NCBI GenBank assembly: GCA_009886115.1
Contig: VFJJ01000049.1
Coordinates: forward strand, 1-54,831
DNA length: 54,831 bases
Direction of reading: 5' to 3'
From: Actinomycetota bacterium
Lineage (GTDB): Bacteria > Actinomycetota > Acidimicrobiia > IMCC26256 > VFJJ01
Shown here: positions 11,142 through 18,418 of the stretch, one piece after another
How positions within the stretch are numbered: position 1 is the first letter of the stretch
Layout: the number at the start of each line of letters is the position of its first letter
Made by a program: the position numbers and the translations under genes
Notes under the pieces: generated by a model
Told to the model about the DNA's origin: nothing
Seen by the model: the letters and a program-made list of their open reading frames with translations, nothing else
Databases searched by the model: none

Positions 11142-11564
11142 TCACTCCCCACCAGGTCGCTGGGCCAGTTGGGCTGCATGAGGTGCGGCACGTTCCTGAC
11201 CAGGAGCCTGTGGAGGGCTGCGCCCCGGGGAGCCGATGCTCACGATGGTCAGCCCCGCCTCGGCGAACCCGTCGACTGTCGGGGCGAGATCGTCACGCCA
11301 CCAACGGGCGATCACCCGACGTAACAACCCGTGCTCGATCGCACCGACCCATGTCTCGGCGCAAGCGTCGGCCTGGGCCTGTACGTCAGCCTCGACCGGC
11401 ACCGGACCATCCGCCCTGGTGTCATCCCACTGCCAGGTCCCGTCGGCCTGACGGGAGTAGAGCCGCACCTCGCACGCCTCGACCCACCACGGAGGTCGTG
11501 CACCGAGCGCACCATCCACAGCCGGCATGGTACCGGTCGCGGACATGACGAACGTGGACGACAC
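11142..11564 (-). CDS. Hypothetical protein of the element; reads through the att core
   Basis: 140-aa ORF directly downstream of another minus-strand ORF; no recognisable motif. Confidence 0.4.
   Translation of the reverse strand: MSSTFVMSATGTMPAVDGALGARPPWWVEACEVRLYSRQADGTWQWDDTRADGPVPVEADVQAQADACAETWVGAIEHGLLRRVIARWWRDDLAPTVDGFAEAGLTIVSIGSPGRSPPQAPGQERAAPHAAQLAQRPGGE
11152..11186 (+). repeat. att core copy 1 (displaced original patA 3' end)
   Basis: ccaggtcgctgggccagttgggctgcatgaggtgc, identical to 14351-14385. The minus strand reads HLMQPNWPSDL-VGSDTTRPTILN* with the stop at 11114. Confidence 0.93.
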
Positions 11565-11574
11565 AGACCGCGAG

Positions 11575-11720
11575 TTACTTCCCGGTGCTCTTCGGCATCT
11601 CAGCCAGCAGCTCGCCGGCCTTGCGTTCAGCTCTGAGCTTCAACTCGGCCCGTTGCGGCACACGCCGGGCGACGGCCCTGGCGACCTGCTGGGCGGTCGG
11701 CTGTGCCCCGTCAGATTCAT
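11575..11720 (-). pseudogene. Fragment of a phage-type protein (ELKLRAERKAGELLAEM motif)
   Basis: Resembles the 'E.kLRAERraGELL' segment I recall from phage proteins; the 5' boundary is approximate. Confidence 0.4.
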
Positions 11721-11805
11721 CGACCGCCTCGGCCCGCGCCTGCGCAGCGACCTCAGGCTGGTTTCGAAGGGTAGCGAGCGGACGGACCTGGCGCTCCGAC
11801 CGGGG

Positions 11806-11839
11806 CTCAGGAATGCCAACCATGGTTGGCATTCCTGAG
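11806..11839. repeat. 34-bp perfect palindrome
   Basis: ctcaggaatgccaacca|tggttggcattcctgag, with no loop. Confidence 0.95.
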
Positions 11840-12248
11840 ACGATGCTGGCGACATGAGTCGTTTGGCATGAGCCCGTTGCATCCCCCAGCGCGATGGTCG
11901 CTGAGTCACAGAACGCCCCCCCATTGATGCCCGACTCGTGGGTGGCGGCGGTGAACACCGGACGCGCCCAGGATGCTCTGAGATCGTGGAACGGGCTCTG
12001 AACGCCCCCGGCGTGCTGGCCGACCTTCAGCTGCTCAAGCTCGAGGAGCACGGCCGTGTGCTGCTTGGCGGTCACCGCCGTCCCGAGACCCTGACCGGCG
12101 TCGAGCGCCTGGGCCAGCACGACCGCCGTCGCAGCGAGGGCCTCCCAGGCGGCGCGATCGTCTCGGCCGTCCTCGACGAGACGACGGAGCGTCTTACGCG
12201 TCGCCCGCTATGCTTCGACGAGATGCCCCGGGACCGGGGTGCTCGGAG

Positions 12249-12609
12249 TCACATTGATGCCGCCCGTCTCGGTGACCACGACCCGGGCTTCGAGGCGTTC
12301 GAGCCCGGCCAGGGCGTCGGCCGGGTTCCACGTGGAACCCCGTCGAGCTCGACGGCGAGGGCCTGCGCGCAGCCGTGGCAGAGGCGCTCGCCCCGGCTCC
12401 AATACGGCGTCACGGCCGGAGGTTCGCCGCAGCCGCAGCAGGTCTCACCTGTCAGCGCTTGGAGCACCGCGGGTTCGTTGGCGAACAGGAGCCGTGCAAG
12501 CTCCAGGGTATCCGTGGTGCCGGACACGACGAGCGCCCCCGTCGGGCTTGACGGACACGCGCAGCCCGGCGGCGGCGGCGTCGTCGGCGAGGGCCTCGGT
12601 CAGCTCCAT
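12249..12609 (-). pseudogene. Small zinc-finger-containing phage-like protein, frameshifted
   Basis: MELTEALADD..GLRVSVKPDG (ATG 12609) joins ALVVSGTTDTLELARLL..TCCGCG..LCHGC after a shift in the G-run near 12536-12540. Confidence 0.45.
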
Positions 12610-12726
12610 TGGTCCCGACCCCCGCTGATGACCTCTAACTGCCCGTTCGTCTCGATGGGTGACGGGGGTTCCGGTTCCCCCCGCGAGAAGCCTCGCGGGA
12701 ATCAACGGGGACCCCTGTCACCCCCG

Positions 12727-12985
12727 TCACTTGGACGCCTTCCCACCGCCGAGCGCCCCCGATCCTCGGACAGATCGGGCCCCCGCAGCGCTCAGCGCCG
12801 CGGCGACTCGGGCCCAGTGCCGCTCTGGCTCGACCGGGACGGCGTTCTCGTCGAGCCATGTGCGATGCAGCGTTTGGAGCTCAGCGGCCAGGACCTCGCC
12901 ATGGGGGTCGAACTCGACGGTGTCGGCGATGAACCGGGCGGCCGTGTCGGACTGGCCTCGGTACTCGGCCGTGGCGGCCCGTCGC
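12727..12985 (-). pseudogene. C-terminal remnant of a P4/D5-type primase-helicase
   Basis: AATAEYRGQSDTAARFIADTVEFDP..V.A.EL...HRTWLDEN resembles the winged-helix tail of P4-family primases; the catalytic domains are absent. Confidence 0.6.
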
Positions 12986-12993
12986 GGAGCGAC

Positions 12994-13365
12994 GTGACAG
13001 TTCTGACGCCCAACAACACCACACCCGCTGATCCGCGGTTCGCGTGGCGATGGATGCGCGGCGATGCGCCATTCGGCGGGACCGTGGGTGATGAGCATCA
13101 GACCCTTGGGAACGAACGCTTCTACTGGGAGGCGTCCCCTGATGTCGAAGATGCCGTCGAGCGCGTGCTGCCTGGCGTGAGAGCGCTTCGCGGGATGGCA
13201 AGCAACTTGGCCTTCGCCGGCGCGATCACGCCCACCAAGGAGAACCCCGACCACCCGCGCGCCCAGGCGCTCCGGGACGTCGCGGAGCTACTCGAGATGA
13301 TGAGCGAGACGATCAAGGGCATGTCGCGGAACGTCAAGCGAATGATGGCGAAGGGGGATTCCTGA
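12994..13365 (+). CDS. Hypothetical protein translationally coupled to the integrase
   Basis: 3' part of ORF 11938..13365; its TGA overlaps the integrase ATG (tgatg). Start uncertain, possibly 5'-truncated. Confidence 0.5.
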   Translation: MTVLTPNNTTPADPRFAWRWMRGDAPFGGTVGDEHQTLGNERFYWEASPDVEDAVERVLPGVRALRGMASNLAFAGAITPTKENPDHPRAQALRDVAELLEMMSETIKGMSRNVKRMMAKGDS

Positions 13366-14310
13366 TGGCCTCGATCGACAAGCGTGACGACGGCACCTAC
13401 CGGGCCCGGTGGCGCGAGTACCCGGGCGGCCCGCAGCGGACGAAGGCCTTTCGCCGCAAGGTCGACGCGGAGCGGCACCTGGTCGAGGTGCAGCACCAGC
13501 TCGCACGGGGCGAGTACCTCGAACCGAAGGCCGGCCATACCCCGTTCGACGCCTACGTCGCGGCCTTCGTTGCCCGGGGCATGTGGCGGGATTCGACGAC
13601 GGCATCGGTGCGGGCCGCGTTGGCGCATGCGGTGCGGGCGTTCGGGTCGCGGCCGCTGGTGTCGATCAAGCGGGCCGATCTCCAGCTGTTCTTGAAGGGC
13701 TTGGAGATGTCCGACGGATACCGGCGGATCGTCCGGCAGCATCTCGGGTCGGTGTTCAACGCCGCGGTGGCCGACCAGATGCTCGCACGGAGCCCGATGG
13801 CCGGTCTACGGCTCGATACGGCCACGACGGCTCCGGTGGTCCCGCCGACGGTCGAGGCCGTGCAGCGGCTCCACGAGGCCGCTCCGGGCTGGTTCCGGGT
13901 CGCGGTGGTGCTCGGCGCCGGGCTCGGGCTCCGTCAGGCTGAGGCGACCGGGTTGACCGTCGACCGGGTCGACTTCCTCCGCCGGACGGCTCGGGACGAT
14001 TCTGCGGGCGCCCGATGGGGAGCCGCTCAACCGGAACCGGTTCGGTGACCTCTGGCGCGCGACGTCGAAGCGGGCCGAGCTCCCGGGGGTCCGGTTCCAT
14101 GATCTGCGGCATCACTTCGCGTCGGCGCTGATCTCGCCCGGATGCTCGGTGAAGGCGGTGCAGTCGGCGCTCGGGCACGAGGAGGCGACGACGACGCTCG
14201 AGACCTACGCACACCTCTGGCCGGAGGACGACGACCGGATCCGCGAGGCGATCGAACGGACCTGGGCTGGATCAGCTGAGGACAAACTGAGGACAAGCGA
14301 GGCCGAGTGA
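13365..14310 (+). pseudogene. int: Tyrosine recombinase/integrase with internal deletion and frameshift
   Basis: N-terminal arm-binding-like YRARWR..F.RK.DA and GLR..E..GL; in another frame after ~13988, RFHDLRHHFAS, LGH and TLETYAHLW to TGA 14310. Confidence 0.9.
14276..14296 (+). repeat. Tandem CTGAGGACAA pair, candidate integrase arm-type sites
   Basis: 10-bp direct repeat with 11-bp period, ~55 bp from the att core. Confidence 0.6.
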
Positions 14311-14342
14311 GCCTCCTGCACCTGCTATGAGCTGCTGTTATG

Positions 14343-15248
14343 TCAGGGTTCCAGGTCGCTGGGCCAGTTGGGCTGCATGAGGTGCCATTGCTCGGGCGCT
14401 TCGCGGATGATGGCCTCGAAGACGTGGGCCATCTCCTGGGTGATGCGGGTGACGTCGTCGCGGAGCGAGCCCTGGCGGCTCACGTCGAGCGCAGGGTGGA
14501 TCACGGAGTACTGGCGGCCGCGGGGACGGGCGAACGTGGCGACGGGCAGGATCTCGACGCCGTGGCGCAGCGCCAGCATGGCCGGGCCGGCGGGCAGGCG
14601 GGTGCGTTCACCGAAGAACTCGACCTCGACTCCGTTGCCCGTGAGGTCGCGATCGGCGACCAGGCACAGGACCCGGCCGGCGTCGAGTGCTCCACGCAAC
14701 ACGGGGAGCACGTCGTCACCGAGCGCCACGACGTCGATGCCGATCGACCGGCGCAGCTCCTTGAACCACTCGAAGAGCTCGGGTGGCTCGAGGGGTTCGA
14801 CCACCGCCGTCAGCCGGTAGCCCTGGAGGCTCACCCAGCGGCCGGCCATCTCCCACGAGCCGAAGTGCGGCAGGGCGAAGATGGCACCGCGTCCGCCGGC
14901 CGTGGCGGCTGCGAGGTGCGCCATCCCGGCCGGATCGGCATCGGCCAGCGCCAGGACCTCGTCGTCGCTCAGATGCGGGAGCCGGAACGAGTCGAGCCAG
15001 TACCGGGCGTAGCCCTCGAAGGTCTCCGTCACGGCTCGGCGCTGTGGAATCGACGCGAGCGCCGACCCGTTGACCCGATCGAGGTGGGCTGCGACGAGCC
15101 GACGCCGGTCGGTCATGGTGAGCGCGAACACGCGGCCGATGCCGAGTGCGAGCGGCTCGGCGATCAGCCGTGGCGTGAGGGCGGCGATAGCGGCTCCCGA
15201 CCGGTAGCCGTGGAACGCCAGCCGGTGCCGCCAACCCATGGTGCTCAT
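14343..15248 (-). CDS. patA: Phosphatidylinositol mannoside acyltransferase
   Basis: YARYWLDSFRLP, ALPHFGSWE, LVADRDL..GVEVEFFG and PEQWHLMQPNW; lies directly downstream of pgsA. Confidence 0.9.
   Translation of the reverse strand: MSTMGWRHRLAFHGYRSGAAIAALTPRLIAEPLALGIGRVFALTMTDRRRLVAAHLDRVNGSALASIPQRRAVTETFEGYARYWLDSFRLPHLSDDEVLALADADPAGMAHLAAATAGGRGAIFALPHFGSWEMAGRWVSLQGYRLTAVVEPLEPPELFEWFKELRRSIGIDVVALGDDVLPVLRGALDAGRVLCLVADRDLTGNGVEVEFFGERTRLPAGPAMLALRHGVEILPVATFARPRGRQYSVIHPALDVSRQGSLRDDVTRITQEMAHVFEAIIREAPEQWHLMQPNWPSDLEP
14351..14385 (+). repeat. att core copy 2 (within the current patA 3' end)
   Basis: Identical to 11152-11186; lies 40 bp beyond the integrase stop. Confidence 0.93.
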
Positions 15249-15294
15249 GCAATCGCCGGCGTCGGGGTCGCGCCGCGGCAGGCGCGGACGACGC

Positions 15295-16059
15295 TCAAGG
15301 GCGCGTGCGCAGCCCGCGCGTACCCCGACCACGAGCCACCCGGGCGGCACGTGACGGACGGGGCTGTCGAGGCTGACGCGGCTGCCGGCGGGCACGAGCG
15401 AGCCCGCCCGCGCCGACGGAGCGCTCGCTACGCAGCTCGGCCCGACGGGTCGCACCGACGGTGGGCTGACGCTCGGGCGGCGCATCGGCTTGGCGCCAGA
15501 CCTTGACGAAGCGCTGGATCGCGGTGAAGCCGGTGAGGGCCAGCATCACCCACAGCACCGGCACGAGCAGATCGGTGAACGCCAGCCCCAGCCCGAGCAG
15601 CACCATGCGCTCGGCGCGCTCCATCAGCCCGCCGCGGGCTTCGTAACCCAGGCTCTCGGCCTTGGCCCGCTCATACGAGATGATCTGCGAGCAGCCGAGC
15701 ACGGCGAGGGCGAGGATGGGCGTGTGGCCGCCCTCGGCGTCGGTGAGATACCAGGCAGCGCCGCCGAACATGAGACCGTCGGAAAAGCGGTCGCTCACGG
15801 AATCGAAGAACGCACCCCGCTTGGAGGTCTGACCACTGGCCTTGGCCACGTTGCCGTCGAGGATGTCGGTGACACCGCTCAGGATGAGCGTCACCAACGC
15901 CAAGATCAGGTGCCCGGCCCCGAACAGCACACCGGTGGCCACCGAGGCGACGAGCCCCAGCGCCGTGAGCCCGTCGGGCGAGATCGGGGTGCGACCCAGG
16001 GCTGAGGCCAGGGGCTTGAGGCCCTGTTCGACACCGGCACGCGCTCGGCGGTCGAGCAT
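15295..16059 (-). CDS. pgsA: CDP-alcohol phosphatidyltransferase (phosphatidylinositol-phosphate synthase)
   Basis: DILDGNVAK..GAFFDSVSDRFSD signature and ERAER motif. Confidence 0.9.
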   Translation of the reverse strand: MLDRRARAGVEQGLKPLASALGRTPISPDGLTALGLVASVATGVLFGAGHLILALVTLILSGVTDILDGNVAKASGQTSKRGAFFDSVSDRFSDGLMFGGAAWYLTDAEGGHTPILALAVLGCSQIISYERAKAESLGYEARGGLMERAERMVLLGLGLAFTDLLVPVLWVMLALTGFTAIQRFVKVWRQADAPPERQPTVGATRRAELRSERSVGAGGLARARRQPRQPRQPRPSRAARVARGRGTRGLRTRP

Positions 16060-16277
16060 GCTGTGATTCCTCCTGGCGCTGGGGATCGACCCGAGATCAC
16101 CCGGTGAGACCATCATCGACCGGCGCCGTCGCGGACAATGCGAGCCAGGGTAGTACGGCCCGACCGCAGCCCCCGTGACGAGCCCCCGTGACGAGAGCAC
16201 GTGCTGGTGCCTAGGATCGATCGAGCGTCGATCGTCGTGCACTGACCAGGCCGCTTCGCTCTCGCTGGGAGGACCTC

Positions 16278-18299
16278 GTGAAGACCGTCCCGTCGTCGAA
16301 GATCCGCAACGTCGCGTTGGTGGGCCACGGCCACTCCGGCAAGACGACCCTGGCCGAGGCCATGCTCTTCACGACCGGGGTGATTCCCCGGATGGGCAGC
16401 GTCGACGCCGGAACCACCGTGTGCGACTTCGACCCCGAAGAGCACAGCCGCCACTGCACCGTGTCGTTGGCCCTAGCCCCGCTCGAGGTCGACGGGCACA
16501 AGATCAACGTCATCGACACGCCGGGGTACGCCGATTTCATCGCCGACGCCGCTGCGGCGATGCGGGTGGCGGAGCTGGCTCTGTTCGTCGTGTCTGCGGT
16601 CGACGGCGTGGGCGTGCAGACCGAGATCCTCTGGAAGATGGCGGAAGCCAACGCGGTGCCCCGCGCCATCGTCGTCACCAAGCTCGACAAGGAACGGGCG
16701 TCGTTCGAGCGCACCCTCGAGCAGCTCCAGGCCCGCTTCGGCGCCGGGGTCGCCCCGCTCGAGCTGCCGATCGGCGAGGAGGGCGGATTCCGGGGCGTCG
16801 TCTCGCTGATCGACGACCTGGCCTTCACCTACAGCGGAGGTACCCCGACCGAGGTGCCCATCCCGGCCGAGCTGGCCGAGGAGGCTGCGACGCTGCGCAA
16901 CACGCTCGTCGAGGGGATCGTCGTGGCCGACGACGATCTCATGGAGCGCTATCTCATGGAGGACGACATCTCCACGAAGGAGTTGGCCAAGACCCTCGGG
17001 ATCGGCGTCGCCGCCGGATCGGTCTTCCCCGTGTTGTGCGTGAGCTCGACGAGCCAGATCGGCATCGACCGGGTGCTGCAGTTCCTGATCGACGCCGCTC
17101 CCGCGCCCGAGATGGCCGAGGGCCCGGCCGTCGCCACGGTCTTCAAGACGATCGTCGACTCCTACGTCGGGCGGATCAGCCTGTTCAAGGTGGTGCAGGG
17201 CACGGTGCGGCCCGACGCGCATCTCGTGAACGGGCGAACCGTCGTCGACGAGAAGCTGCACGCGCTGTTCTCGTTGCGGGGCAAGGAACAGCTCACGCTG
17301 GCCGAGGTCGTCCCCGGCGACATCGCTGCGGTGGCCAAGCTCGCCCACACCGGCACCGGCGACGTGCTCGGCGAGCGGGGCACCCAGATCACCGTGCCCC
17401 CGTTGGTGTTGCCCGAGCCGACCCTGCCGACGGCCATCCATCCCAAGTCGAAGAACGACGAGGACAAGCTGGCCAACGCCCTGCACCGCATCGTCGACGA
17501 AGACCCGGTGCTGCGCATCGAGCGCAACCCCGAGACCCACCAGACGATCCTGTGGGGGATGGGCGAGACCCACCTGAACATCACGATCGAGAAGCTGGCC
17601 CGCAAGTTCGGGGTGGCCGTCGAGCAGGAGCCGGTGCGGGTGCCGTACCGCGAGACGATCCTCACGATGGGCGACGCCGAGGGCAAGCACAAGAAGCAGT
17701 CGGGCGGCCACGGCCAGTACGGCGTGGCGTTCCTCAGGGTCGAGCCACTCCCACGCGGGATGGGCTTCCAGTTCGTCGACGCCATCGTGGGCGGCGCCAT
17801 CCCCCGCCAGTTCATCCCTGCGGTCGAGCGGGGCGTTCAGGAGACGATGGAGCGAGGCGGGGTGTTCGGCTTCCCCGTCGTCGACGTGAAGGTCACCTGC
17901 TACGACGGCAAGTACCACGCCGTCGACAGCTCGGAGATGTCGTTCCGGATGGCCGCGTCGCACGGCTTCAAGGACGCCATGGCCAAGGCCCAGCCGACCC
18001 TGCTCGAACCGGTGTCCGAGCTGTCGGTGATCGTGCCCGAGCAGTACCAGGGCGACATCATGGGCGATCTGAACTCCAAGCGGGGACGGGTGCAGGGCAC
18101 CAGCCCGGTCGGCGGCGGCGAGGTCGAGGTCAACGCCACCGCGCCCACGTCCGAGGTGTTGCGGTACTCGATCGACCTGCGTTCACTGACCCAGGGCCGG
18201 GGCCGCTTCGTCACGAAGCACTCGCACTACGACCCGCTGCCGGCCCATCTCGTCGACAAGGTCCGGTCGGAAGCCAAGGCCGTCCCCGACGCCCACTGA
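16278..18299 (+). CDS. fusA2: Elongation factor G-like protein (EF-G2)
   Basis: IRNVALVGHGHSGKTT, DTPGY, TKLD, GMGETHL, KKQSGGHGQY, DSSEMSF and LRSLTQGRG; divergent from pgsA. Confidence 0.92.
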   Translation: MKTVPSSKIRNVALVGHGHSGKTTLAEAMLFTTGVIPRMGSVDAGTTVCDFDPEEHSRHCTVSLALAPLEVDGHKINVIDTPGYADFIADAAAAMRVAELALFVVSAVDGVGVQTEILWKMAEANAVPRAIVVTKLDKERASFERTLEQLQARFGAGVAPLELPIGEEGGFRGVVSLIDDLAFTYSGGTPTEVPIPAELAEEAATLRNTLVEGIVVADDDLMERYLMEDDISTKELAKTLGIGVAAGSVFPVLCVSSTSQIGIDRVLQFLIDAAPAPEMAEGPAVATVFKTIVDSYVGRISLFKVVQGTVRPDAHLVNGRTVVDEKLHALFSLRGKEQLTLAEVVPGDIAAVAKLAHTGTGDVLGERGTQITVPPLVLPEPTLPTAIHPKSKNDEDKLANALHRIVDEDPVLRIERNPETHQTILWGMGETHLNITIEKLARKFGVAVEQEPVRVPYRETILTMGDAEGKHKKQSGGHGQYGVAFLRVEPLPRGMGFQFVDAIVGGAIPRQFIPAVERGVQETMERGGVFGFPVVDVKVTCYDGKYHAVDSSEMSFRMAASHGFKDAMAKAQPTLLEPVSELSVIVPEQYQGDIMGDLNSKRGRVQGTSPVGGGEVEVNATAPTSEVLRYSIDLRSLTQGRGRFVTKHSHYDPLPAHLVDKVRSEAKAVPDAH

Positions 18300-18348
18300 C
18301 CGGACCCCTCGAAACCCCGGACCCCTCGAAACCCCGGACCCCTCGAAA
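18300..18348 (+). repeat. 17-bp tandem repeat, ~2.9 copies
   Basis: ccggacccctcgaaacc starting at 18300, 18317 and 18334. Confidence 0.9.
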
Positions 18349-18392
18349 TTTGTGCAGAAATCGTCGCCTGGCGACGATTTCTGCACAAATTT
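18346..18392. repeat. 47-bp palindrome (23-bp perfect arms); possible bidirectional terminator or REP-like unit
   Basis: aaatttgtgcagaaatcgtcgcc-t-ggcgacgatttctgcacaaattt between convergent genes. Confidence 0.9.
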
Positions 18393-18418
18393 GGGGATTG
18401 GGCGGGGCTGTGCGGCCG

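Larger units (their letters stand above)
11152..14385. mobile_element. Degenerate integrative element (phage-satellite/prophage remnant) inserted in the 3' end of patA
   Basis: Exact 35-bp flanking direct repeat, terminal tyrosine integrase pseudogene, primase C-terminal remnant and small phage-like ORFs. Confidence 0.88.

Noticed and set aside
11938..12993. 5' two-thirds of the 475-aa plus-strand ORF 11938..13365
   Set aside because: It is the antisense shadow of minus-strand phage-like remnants; only the part from ~12994 looks coding.
13980..14000. Programmed frameshift in the integrase
   Set aside because: No slippery heptamer, and sequence is missing at the junction, so a deletion is the simpler explanation.
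18300..18392. Possible CRISPR array
   Set aside because: Repeats are contiguous with no unique spacers, and there are no cas genes. The same applies to all other short repeats in the window.
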